From the NCBI GenBank assembly GCA_002633005.1, contig NMRA01000172.1, forward strand, positions 489,303 to 553,302: DNA of 64,000 bases, in the 5' to 3' direction. Both the position numbers and the translations under genes were made by a program. This document shows, piece after piece, positions 51,652 to 64,000 of this stretch; position 1 is the stretch's first letter, and each line of letters begins with the position of its first letter. Origin of the DNA: Phoronis australis (taxonomy: Eukaryota; Animalia; Phoronida). Below the pieces are notes generated by a model. The model had not been told where the DNA came from, did no database searches, and saw nothing but the letters and a program-made list of their open reading frames with translations.

Positions 51652-54600
51652 TTACCATTTGATCTTCCCCGGAATATATTTATCAATGAGCTCTTGATAG
51701 TAAGGCTTGATAGCAGCAACATCGGGCAGTTCATCTGTCTTGGAATAGAGGTCAAATTTGCTGAAAGTTAAACCAAAAATAGCCAATGAGTATAATTAAA
51801 ACCCATCACAATTCAAATTTAAATTATTTAGTATTCTTATTAATAATTATTTATAAAATGGTATTAACATATTAATTAACACTCATACCTATGAATGAAA
51901 CATGAACACGTTAAGAAGTTGTGGCTATCTGCGTTGCGTTGAATAAACTTAACCTTGATTTAGACCCGCTATAAAACTGGTCTCAACTTGTTCCTTCTGA
52001 CATGAGAAGTGATTTTAGACCTTACAAAGAACTGACAGCTCGTTGCTCAGCAAATAAAATGACAATATGAGACAAAAGGAGACGAATTTGAGACCAATTT
52101 CAAAATGAAAAAACTCACCAGTAATGTTGCTTATTAAATGACAACGAAAAGATAACTTTACTTGTCTTTGAGATTTCACCTTAAACACGCACATCAAATG
52201 AAACTTGGTCATCTTTTTACCCTTGTTTTACTATCGATGTATCTTTTGCAAAATTTTACTAAAAAAGGCAAAGTCACATGACCCAATTTAATAATGGGAT
52301 ATTGGTAAAAAGTTAAAATTCAAATTCTACAGGGTTTCTACTTATTCTGAAACTATGTGTTCTAACTGTGTTATAATCTATAATTCTGTAAATACTTTCA
52401 CTCAATACACAGGCTTGTTGATATAGTCCTTCATAATTTTAACACAGCCAAAGCCCTGCCACACCACTGCTACAAATAAACATGTCCAAGGCAGTTCTGT
52501 GACACAAAACGAGAATGTCTTTTCATATTACAAGAAGAGTGATAGTAGACACATAGCTTATAACCATGTGACAACATGCTATGCAATTAAGCAGGATTGT
52601 TGAGACGGAATCAGAATGCTGTCACTTCCTGCGGACAGACTGGTGTCAATAAACATTTGATTTGTCTGAGACAGGTTTGACGATATTTACCAAGGTCAAA
52701 TTTAGTGGACAAAACCACATGCCAAGGGTCCATACAAAACTCGAAATGGCCGGTGACTTTTGCCTAAACTGTAGGTACTGGTATCAGCAGAAAACAATAA
52801 CTGTATAATTACACAGTATGACCATTCTAGTATTGCAAACATATTCCACCCCTGGGCATTCTACCTCTTACTAACTGGAGACCAACAGGTAGACATTTAA
52901 CAACTTTGTGTGCACCAGTGCATTGTAAACACAACAGCCACCACAGTAGAATCTGTGCTTCGCGGGCACCATACTCACTTGAACTCCAGCACCCAGTTGA
53001 GCATTTCATTGTCTTTGTTATTACACAAGTAGTTGTAATCACCACCTGTGTGCCAGGGATAGAACGAGTGATAGCGGATCATGTAGTAGGCCTCCTCAGG
53101 TAGCGTGCAGCCAGCGTTCTTCAGCACCTGATACATATACTCTGTAAGGGTAATAGGTTGTGACTTAGTGACTGGAAAGCAGGCACAAGTTAACAAGTGC
53201 AGTGAGAAGAGTTGCTAGTAATGATCACAGTGCTTTCCAATATTTTTCCATAAATGGCTTAATATTCTGCATTTAAATGTTCCTAGGCAACTAATTGCAT
53301 CCATGCGCTTTTATTCGGAATTTCACGATATTTGTAAAATATAACACACTAATATAGTAAAATATCACCAATTTTGGACATGATATTCAAAAATTGTATT
53401 TTTTCATTTTTCACCAATAGTTGGTATAACCTCCCCACACATATATTTTAAGAACTACATGGTATGATGCAAGTTATTCAGTAGAGAAAACTGGTGCTCA
53501 AAAATCAGGCACGTTACATCCGACCACTTGCCATTTTTCGAAGTATCGTTGCTGTTGGTAGCTATGGTGCAGAACTTGAACATCGCACAGCATCATTCTG
53601 GTGCTACATATCTCTTAGGAAGAAATGAGAAAATAAAATTCCAATTGTCCACCATACTGTGTCCTAAATTGGTGAGATTTTGTCAGACGTAGTTTTTCAA
53701 CAATGGGATATGTGCAAAAAGTATACAAGAGAAGATATTGAGTTCAGATTATACCTTTTCAAAGATTTAGATAGTAGGACCTATGGTTCTAATTTCAGAA
53801 AAATCTCCTCTGACCGTTTTATTTTCAAGGTGTGTTCCACTCCAACCTGGTATGCTTTTATGTTTGATGAGCACAAGTTATACCAGGCCATACGATTTGA
53901 CCAAATACGTGCATTTTATGTTGTCAAAACATAGGAACTTTAACATTCCTGTAGGACTACACACCAGTGATCAAATGTTGCGACCATGAATTCAGTCAAC
54001 CAAAAAGCATCATCATCTTTCCAGCCCCAACAAGCAATAGGTTCCACAACCATACAAAAACGAGATTTGTGTCGATACATGTTAAAGCCAGTGCAGTTAC
54101 CGTACTCGAAAATTAATGTAATCAGTGAAAAGAAAAGGTTAACAAGCGCAACGCTCACAGTGAAATGTAATGCATGCAATATGTGTCTTAGGGCCACTAG
54201 AAGGGGCCGCAGTAGTCGAATCAGCCTAAAAATCAAAATGCGCTGGAGCAATCTCATCATATACTGTGTCACTAGTTTCAATGAAATCCATCAATCGGTT
54301 CTTTAGATATCCCAAAACCCTCATTTCCCAAACAACACTTGAAAAGCCTTTGTTGAGAATAAAATAACAACTAGGAGGTGCTGCACTAGTCAACATTCAT
54401 TCGGTAACCCTTCAATCGATTCTCTACATTATCTGGAAATGCTCTCAAACGAAACAGCCACTAGGAGGCACTGCAGTGGACAAATCTGCCCGGAAATCAA
54501 ATGGTGCTGGGGCATTCACATGATATACCTACGTATCGAGTTCCATAAGATTGAACTCTTCCAATCTCTAGATATCATCCGAAAATGCTCTTCTCCCCAA

Positions 54601-57600
54601 AACAACACTTGAAAAGACCCTCATTGAAGTTTCACTGAAATCAGTCGATCCGTTCTCTAGACATCATCCGAAAATGTTCATCCCTAAAATACAGTCAGGG
54701 GGCAGGGCCTATTGAAAAGTGATATGAACTGTTCTAATGATGCCCTATACCCGTGTGCCAAACTTCACCAAAATCTGACCAGGGGGTTATTGAGATATTG
54801 AGCAAAAACACGGATGCCCGAACACAGAGGCGACAGTATGCAACCACATAATTATAAATATGTGTGGGCGCATAAAAATAAAGTAATGCCAAAGTGTTCA
54901 AGTCGAACTGATCAAAAATTACCATCATGTCCCCACGACATCATAACACTATCCAAACCACAGTTTTCTTCATATATTCCAAGCTTGGAGCTTTAACAAG
55001 AAATTAGAATGATACAAACAAAGCAATTTTCACAACGTAAAACAGACACCAACAATAGCTTTGAGTGCACATTATCTCCACAGAAAAAACTATTCAGTGT
55101 TTTGTTTACAATATATTTCATAAATGAACGCATCAAGCCAAGTGTAGAGGTCTTCAGCTTATCACAACCGCAAGAAAAAAAAGGAGAAACTGAGAGGACA
55201 AGAAAAAATGAAAATCTTGCGACGAAAATCTTTAATTAATAAGGCATGATTCAAAACACAGTCACGTACTTGTAAGCTGGATTTTTGTAGTCTGGGTTTT
55301 CAGTGAAGCTCTTCTTTCCAAACACAATTTTGTCAGAGAAGGCACAACCAACAGGAAAAGTGTCGCCCACCACAGCCCACTGAAAGTAACACCATTCAAA
55401 GGCTAGACGAATAATGCTGTAACTGAAGTTTTAATTTTTGAAAAATGAACTTGTAAGACAAACTCAATGAGATAGACAGAGCATAAATTAAAATTAAATT
55501 CAATTCTACTCACCTGACTGCAAATGGGTAGAGGGTGCATTACATTTTGTTTGCAGACTAGTGAACGGTTTTTATCTCAGTAGTAAAAACAAAAAATAAT
55601 TTTTTGCAAAATAAAAAGTTAGAACCGCACATAAAATATTTTACATGCCAACATACCAATCTCAAAGGGTTAGATGTTAAAATAACAAGTTTGTTTCTCT
55701 GACGCAATACCCCTTTATAGACGCTTTTATTGACTATGCCCAGACTGGAGCAACACTACAGATAGTAGTACATCAAATCAAGCCCAGCTTGTCAATTGTC
55801 AAAAAGTGGGATTTGGACACAGCTTAGGTACATACCTGAGGCTCACCAAATAAGGCCATAACCTTTCCCGCATCATGAATCAGCCCAGTGAGTTGAAACC
55901 ATGGCTTGTCCGGGTGCTTCTCACGGATGCGTTCAGCTGTTTGGTACGCATGCACCGAGTTGGGTAAATCTACCTGTTAATACAAAGACAGGGAAAACCA
56001 GTTGAAATTCATCTTGGAATTCTGAAAAGTCACAAAGAGAATGAGCATGTTTTCATCAATGCTAATTATATCACTTAGTGACTAATAAGTCAATACAGCT
56101 TGGAATTCTGGCACATGTATTTGAGCATTTAAGAGCATGTTCGCGAATGGACCAGGCAGAGGGTGATAAACGCTATGTCATAGATACTCTTTATATTTTG
56201 TCTGTGAGATGACACTAGCCCCACTGATTCCAGACCACCTTTATTTTTTTTCAAAACGCCCCCTTTTGGTTTCCATGGATACTATTTGTTTCCGATAAGT
56301 TTTCAGCCTGGCGGCAGTTCAGTTTTAGTAAAATTCCGACAGTTACGTTACGCAGTGGAAGTAACGTTGAAATATTGAACCTGTGTTATTGATCAGGTGT
56401 GACCTTCGACTACTTTATTCATGAGAATTTAAAAGATTTCAATAATTTTTTGTCTGTTTTTAGAGCCACATAAGATGAGTACTTTTAGTGATTTTTGAAA
56501 CTGTCAAAATTGGCTAAATTCGTATCCCGATATCTCAGCTGGCACAGGTTTCAGAACATTTTAGTGCCAACCAATGTGTTGAGCTATTTTAGGTCTACAA
56601 AATAAGACAAAAAAATTTCCTGGCGCGAACGGATTTCNCGAGTTCATTGCATGGCATACCCCCAAAATAGAGGCTCCCTGATTTCTCCCCCTTAAACAAG
56701 GTAAAATGAGATTGGACTTTACTGTTTTGTTTATCATCCCAAAGGTAACTAAAATGCATAGTATGGTTCAATTCGGTGACATTGGGTTTATCACCCCTCT
56801 GGGCATTTTTGCCTGCTGTGAGCCGTACTTCACTCTTAAGTGTTAATGGTTAAAAAAGAAATGTCTGTGCTTAAAAGTGAAAATAAAGTCAAAGAGAATA
56901 ATCACAGCTGCTTTGAACAATTAAAATCTTATCAGATAAGTCAAGACATTGACAAAATTAAGTATTCACACCACAAACATTAAAAAAATCAGGCTCTGAA
57001 TAACAGACAATCCCATAAATCTGGTACAAGTCAGACACGCACAAGTCACATCTTGGCGTCACTCAAACAACTGTTCTGATTCATGCACTTCTTCATGAAG
57101 TTGAATTCCCCCAAACTCAGATAAAATCCTTCAATCCAATAGAATTTGACTTATCTAAGTTTTCCTCAACCATACTTACATCGGGATCACTTTCATCCAC
57201 CAATGCATCTAATGCATCAATGGCCTCCATAATTGACATTTGAGCGTGATCAAACTTGCCCCACATTGCTCTCTTCTCCTTGACAAACATCACTGATTGG
57301 TTCGTATGCATTTGGTAGTACGTGTTCTTAACATGATCTTTCACGATCACCTGTCAACATATTGAGGGAAACGTACAGGGGAGATAACTAACAGAAGCGA
57401 GTTGAATCATAAATCTCCAACACATGACTAATTTTTACGAATAAGTGTTGTTACACACCAGAAACTCTGTGGGTCATTATATTACCCCGATGACCTTTTT
57501 AAGATCAACAGTCCAATCGAAACACATGTATGCCCAGTTTTTAGCACTGCCCATTAAAATCGACAGCATATACAGGAAACTGCGGAACACACTTCATTGA

Positions 57601-60092
57601 TAAACACTATTATAAAATTCTCGAGATACATTTGGCACAACTCCATTTAGGACGTAGAAATTTATGACACCTGTGTCCGCATATGACAGGGGAGCACTTA
57701 TGCAACTTAAGGCTAGCGTACATTGCAAGTTTATCAAGAGATATCACCATCTATTACAAGCAAGCACGTGCGATCTCACAATGTTTCTCTTGCTTGCACA
57801 CAGCCTGGTTACAGTGATTACACAAAGTAGGATAAGAGATTATAATAACGTACTTCCCATATTACAAGTGAGGTTGATCATGATTACACAATGCATCCTC
57901 TGAGCTCTGGATTTGTTAAAGAAAATCAAGAAACATTTCTCTGTTGAAAAATATCACAAAGGAAAAAATTGTGAACAAGGTGCACTTAAGGTAAAAAATG
58001 TAAAGATGCTAGGCTTGTTACTATTGATCAAAAATGTTCTTTAATTTCAGGCAGACTTTTAAACATTACAGGGTGAATTTTACAAGGTAACCATGCATGA
58101 TCAAAACCACCCACGACATGGGCCATGGCATTTTGCACAAAAAATAGGTTCAACTCAATTGGTTTTAGGTTTTAAGTTTTTAACAAACAAAACAATTTCG
58201 AAAAATGACTAGTAAAAGATCAGAAGCACACTAAAGGTGTTCATCACTCTTTAAATCGGAAACAATTTGGGGAGTCTTGCCTCTCCCCCCCCACCCACCC
58301 AGGACACATTTCTGGTTTAGTCTAGAGCCAGCAGGACTGAACCAGTCAGTCTGATAATAAACTAACCCACTAACTGAACTCAGCACAAAACTTATGATAC
58401 GGTAACTATGATAACCCAAAGACTTATCTGCTACGTAAGCATTAGACAACATTTTGGCGGGGGTGTGATGGCCATACTGCAGTGTTCTCATGCCCACATG
58501 AGTGAAGTTTGATGCACTGCCAGGAATGAGAAGGGCCCATATCTTACACTGAATGAAAGTTGAATTATTTCAATCGAGTAACTTACAGGAGCATTTTGCT
58601 TCCACTTTTAACACTCGATAATCCTGTTCTTGGTGTACATCTAGTTTCTTAACCCAAGTCATTCATTCAAAGATGACTGCAATCTCCACTTATTATTGAA
58701 TGACATGATCCTAATGGAGTACATGGGAGACCTCAAGCAATATTGCTGATGCAAAACAGCTTTATAGTGCTATATGCCACCTTTCTCTGATTAAAACATC
58801 AAAAGTTATACGACCTTATCAAAAATTCTGTGTATTCAGCCAAGATAAAATTTTACTCAGTAGAAGCCATTTCCTTAAAGTAGAAATCTTTCAAAATTTC
58901 ATTTATGACTAAATGCCAATCTTCCAATAACTGTGACATGTTTTATTAAACTTTATCAATAGCAGGACATGAATTCATAACATAACAATTAATGGCAAGA
59001 TGACAAAATTTAGTTATCACGAATGTTCTGGCAAGACGAAATCTCTAAAACGCCGAATGTTAAAGTTATTTCATTCGTTTTGTTCATAAATTCAACTTCT
59101 GAGTTCTTTTGTAAAAATCATCACTGCAAATTTTTAATGAACCCTCTTGTAAAAGTGAATTCAGCAAACAGGATTTGGACTATATTAGTATTACCTCATC
59201 ATAATTTCTCAGGAGCTTATTTTCCTCTTTAATGTCAGGTCGGTATTCAGATGGATCGAAGATGATGACTTCATTCTGAAGAAAACAAAATGAAACCTGG
59301 ATCAAGCCTGTGAGCTTTACATGCTGCAATACAATCAATACTAGTATGCGGATTTAGACCTCCCTACGGACAACCCCAAAAACAGTCCACAAGCTGTTTT
59401 TAAGGCCTCACAGACATTTTTCCTCAAGTGTGCAGTCTCCCCCATACTTGACTTATGACGTACACCCTACCCTAACCCAATGTAAGAACACTATCTTCAA
59501 AATACTACAGTCTGCAATTTACTCAAGGACGGGTAGAGTCAGACATTAGTCATTATAGTCATTTTTACCACACCGCCGGCGCAAAGCTGTACATTTTACA
59601 GCTGTAATTAAGCACCAAGGCTCTCCCAGTAAATCAATACTTTGCGTGGCATATTCCGCGGACCAGCCAGAAATACAATGAAAATAATCTAGCCTGGATT
59701 AACATACGTCAGTCGCCGCGGGATCGAGAACAGTACATCTCGTCATCTCGATAGCCTATACTTGCACTGGCACCTGCCAAGGTGCCAGTAATGTGCTCCA
59801 GATAGAGGACGTTGTCGCTCAAGTAGTTGACTTTCTTGCGACCAATTTTCATAAAAGTGACTTTCACAAGCAAGTTTCCTACAAGTCAGCGGATTCACTT
59901 TCTGCACCCTCTGAGTGGGTTACTATCCTCCTGAACTTTCGCACCTCCTAGTGTCCGTCAAAAAGAAAACAACCCTTGCGCACAGTACCAAGTCCTAAAT
60001 TAATTGTAAGCAGAGGTCCTTTCTTGGGAGATTTTAAAGCAAATTGCGTTTCTGAAAAAGAAAATAGGACCAACTAAACTTACTGTTTCCAT
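51652..60092 (-). CDS. MIOX: Myo-inositol oxygenase (~282 aa, 8 coding exons)
   Basis: Exons 60084-60092, 59195-59275, 57180-57350, 55836-55973, 55270-55379, 54923-54990, 52979-53141, 51652-51760; total 849 nt. Motifs [63 protein letters not shown]. Confidence 0.96.
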
Positions 60093-60699
60093 GATAAAAG
60101 CTCGAGCTACCGGTTGTCAACCACTGTTACTGACGTGATGACGTGCTGAAATTTAGTCGAGCATGACTTATTTGTCAACCCTGGTGTGTTTACAAGAATC
60201 TGGTTGGAACTGGTATTAAGGAGCATACATTAAACGTTGATAAAAAACGACACAGTTTGTACGTCAAGGAAATATAAGCAAGCCATTATAGGCCTAAAAG
60301 TTTTCACAATACATATTGTTGAACAATATATTTAATGCAAGTGTTCTGTGTCTGTTAAAAGGAAAATATAGGTAGTAATTTACTTGCATTGGTTTTCACT
60401 GAAATGCTCCCTAAAAACGCAACTCTGAAATAACCAATGGCTATCAGATTTTATGACACACCTCTTGGCAGTAGTAACTAGGTCGAGGTCGTGAATCAAG
60501 TCAGTCATCCACTCAGCGCAGAAAGTAGGCCTTTACACTATTTCGAAAGTGGCAGAGTACGGTAAAGTGCAGACATTTTAAAATTTCCTCTTTGGTTGCC
60601 TTGGATTGGTGGATGACATGCATGCGTGTATACGTTTGCATTCTTTTAAATTCAGTTCATTATAGGCAGTCCTACCGAGATAAACTGTACAAACAAACC

Positions 60700-63000
60700 A
60701 AGACAACCGTGACCCCTCAACACACAATCCTACGCTACATGCCACAACAATCTTAAAGTATACAACAAGATTCTCAAAAAAAAACTATTGATTCCGCCAA
60801 GCAATCTTACTATTATGACACATTCGAAAAAGGGAAGTCTGACATAAATAAAACATGGGATACAATAAAGACAGTTATGAACAACGGCGTTCGAACAAAA
60901 AATGACACCCCAGAATGTCTTTTACGTTCAGATAACACTAAAACCAGTAACCTACCCGAAATGGCAAGTTTATTCAACACCTACTTTACCCAAATCAGCC
61001 CATCCCTTTCTGAATCAATAACTATGATAAAAACAAGAATTTCAAAGACTATCTTCCCACGCCATGCAAACAGATTTAAGTTCTCTTTCAAACCAATTAA
61101 TAATAAACATGTACTAGATATTATGAAGAGACATGGACACAAAAAATAGCACTGGACATGACAATTTATCATCTAAAATTATCCTTTTATAATTGAACCT
61201 CTCACGACCATCATCAACCAGTGCTTGCACACTGGTATATTCCTAGATGCTCTAAAGATTGCTAAAGGTGATCCCAGTTTTTAAACAACATGGTTTGGAC
61301 CCAGAGCACCCGGGCAATTACACCAGACCCATTTCTATTCTTCCAACAATCTCAAAAATTATAGAAAAAAAATCATCCCGGATAATCAACTTTCAACTTT
61401 CCTAAATGAAAATGATATACTTAATAAATATCAATATGGTTTCAGGAATGTCACTCTACACTGCAGAACTTGCTTCGCTTGAACTTTTAGACCGCATTTG
61501 TTCCCAACTTGATAATGACATGAATCCACTGGTCATCTTTATAGATCTCTCGAAAGCTTTCGACACAATAGACCACCAAATACTCTTGCAAAAGATAAAT
61601 CACTATGGTATTACTGGAGTTGAATATACACTGTTTAAAAGTTATCTCTCAAACCGCACCCAATCGATGTTTCGGCACTAAGTGATACAACTTCCAGTTG
61701 GTTACCAATATCTACCGGAGTTCCCCAAGGCTCTGTCCTTGGCCCACTTCTCTTCCTAGTTTACATAAATGATCTTTCGTTTACTTCTTCCATGGACACA
61801 CTTCTTTATGCTGACGACACTTCCCTCGTCACACGGCCTTACAAACTGACTGAATCTTCCCAACACACTTTACAGCAATCAACCACCATCAACAACAACC
61901 TTAAATCTATTTCAGACTGGTTTCCTGTGAACAAACTTTCAATTAACACATCAAAAAGTAAATAAATAATCTTCCACTACCCCCAAAAGAAAATTGAAAA
62001 ATGTATTATTCCCGCCATCTATATAAATAGCAAAACAATATATCACGTGAACAGTTTTCCTTTCCTTGGTATTACTGTTGACAAAAACCTCTCATGGTCC
62101 CCCCACATTAACCTCATCTCAAACAAACTTAACAATCTCGGTGGACTCTTATACAAATTGAAATCTTATCTTCCTCTTCCAGCTCTCAAGTTGATATATA
62201 ATTCACTTGTCCTTCCATATTTAAACTATTGGCATTGCAACTTGGGGTTTTGGCAACACTAAGAAACTTCAGACAGCCCAGAAAAGAATCCTTAGGAATA
62301 TATCAAATTCCAGTTATAATGCTCACTCTCTGCCCATATGTAAATAACTTCGCCTCCTTCTAGTTCAAGACATCTTTAAAATCTCAACTGCAAAACTTTA
62401 CTACAAATTCCTCAATAATCAGCTTCCTAAGTATTTTTACACTAACAACTTTTTGAGTAAACCCATCCAATATAAGCCAACCAGACACATTAAAACTCCT
62501 ACATACCTGAATCAATACTCAGCTACTATACCGACAATACAACCGAAAATTTTAATTCCTCCGTCCAACAAACTGTCATCAAGAGCCTGTATTAGATTTC
62601 AGATTCCTCGACTTATAAACAACAACGAAATACCAGTCTCTGCTCTAAATACAATAAAAATGCATTCTTTACAAGCATTCTCCAGGTTCTTAACCAATTT
62701 TATTATTAGCAACTACGATCCAGTTTGTCATATTTCCAATTGCTTCATATGTAACAGTATATAATTGTATTCTCAAAATCTCCTGAGCTGTGGCAGTTTA
62801 CTTCTTGGTTCCTGGCGTGTCGGTCGTTTTCAGCACTAATTCACTGTTTTCTTAAGTATTCCTACTGATTTTTGCATTTCCATTTTTTGTTTATCTTGTA
62901 CAGGGGACCTTCTTATTAGCGGTCAATAACCTTTAGACGGCCTCCTAATTGAAATCAAATTTTAAGCAATGTATTATTATTATGTAATGTAAATAAAAGC

Positions 63001-63033
<33 letters not shown>
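60700..63033 (+). mobile_element. Decayed, 5'-truncated non-LTR retrotransposon (CR1/L2-like) RT region
   Basis: Frameshifted RT motifs RPISILPTISKIIEK, FIDLSKAFDTIDH, GVPQGSVLGPLLFLVYINDL, LYADDT, FLGITVDKNLSW. The 3' end has AATAAA followed by a (CT)n tail. Confidence 0.9.
63004..63033 (+). repeat. (CT)n microsatellite at the LINE 3' end
   Basis: Direct reading. Confidence 0.95.
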
Positions 63034-63036
<3 letters not shown>

Positions 63037-64000
63037 CGTCGTTGCTCAATCAGACATTTAACTACGTGGGCGGCGCACCTTAGCTGGTCGGTTGGGGGGC
63101 TGTCCCCACTTTTTTCAGTGCTGCACCGCCCATGAACTACCGTATTTTCTTGCACTAAGAAAACCCCGACGAGCATGTTCACTAGAGAAAAGTAGGTCTA
63201 GACCTTAGTAAAAACTTTGGTCAATGAAGAAGTCTTCTCTTGTCAATCAATGCCCGGATGGCACCATAGACTATAATCTATGATGGCACAAAGCCTCGCA
63301 GGCGTCATACGAGCAACAACTTACTTGATGGAAAGATTTCCAAGGTTACATGTCACCATTCCGAAGGTTTACTACTCCGAAAGTCCACTACTACTCCGAT
63401 CGAAGTTACTGCGAAGGTTCTATACCTCCCGGCGAAAATTCACGACTTCCAATGTACACATTCCGAAACCACTACTAAGCCTTCGACAGCTCATGACTCT
63501 GATTGTCTGCTGTGACGGGTCGGAACTGACATGAGAAACGTATTGTATTTGTGCCCATTTATTAACTATTTAAACGGTGTAAAAAAGTTGAATATTTCTT
63601 AAAACGTTGATTACAAATGAGCTCAGTTGCAATCACTGCCAGTACCTACTGAACTAACGACTCATTCACTCTCAACTGAGCACTGATGCAGCGACAACAT
63701 CGGGTCAAGAATTCAGCGACCATGCAATGGCGGCGGTTTTGAATTTAGACGACTGATTGGGACTCTCCGACTTCGTGAAGACTGGTGAAGGACAGGGTAG
63801 CCTACTATAAGTACATTAAGTTTCGACGCGGCCATGCCCGGGGTTCCGATGGGTGAGGTGTGAAGGGTAGAGGCCCTAAACTAGCTCAGTCACGCTGTGA
63901 AATGATGCGAGTAAAATGTATCGTGGTTGATAATTCATCAATATACCTACTTCATAACTCAAGTACGTACTCATTCATTTCCGTATTCGAAAGACATGCG

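Noticed and set aside
54290-54830. Imperfect repeats in a MIOX intron
   Set aside because: They look like internal repeats of a decayed non-autonomous element, and the boundaries cannot be supported.

Overview
This is intron-rich animal (probably invertebrate) genomic DNA from a draft assembly with N gaps; it is not prokaryotic. Six protein-coding genes can be built by hand from GT-AG exons. (1) A short minus-strand ankyrin-repeat gene (~1150-6484). (2) Head-to-head with it, a ~1636-aa plus-strand gene (6774-28095) with the RNase L layout: ankyrin repeats, a ~1000-aa single-exon insert, a kinase fold and a KEN RNase domain. Its kinase motifs and its RNase catalytic residues both look substituted, so it is a candidate double pseudoenzyme and the top finding. 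(3, 4) Two tandem secreted coiled-coil/C-type lectin paralogues that share an apparent gene-conversion tract. (5) VPS35 (36645-48949), with a U12-type intron and a tandemly amplified exon end and splice donor. (6) MIOX, myo-inositol oxygenase (51652-60092, minus). The window also holds two decayed LINE RT copies, Penelope, THAP and Kolobok-like transposon fragments, MITEs, mini- and microsatellites, and two gap-flanking duplications that are probably uncollapsed haplotypes. All homology calls come from recalled motifs, not database searches.
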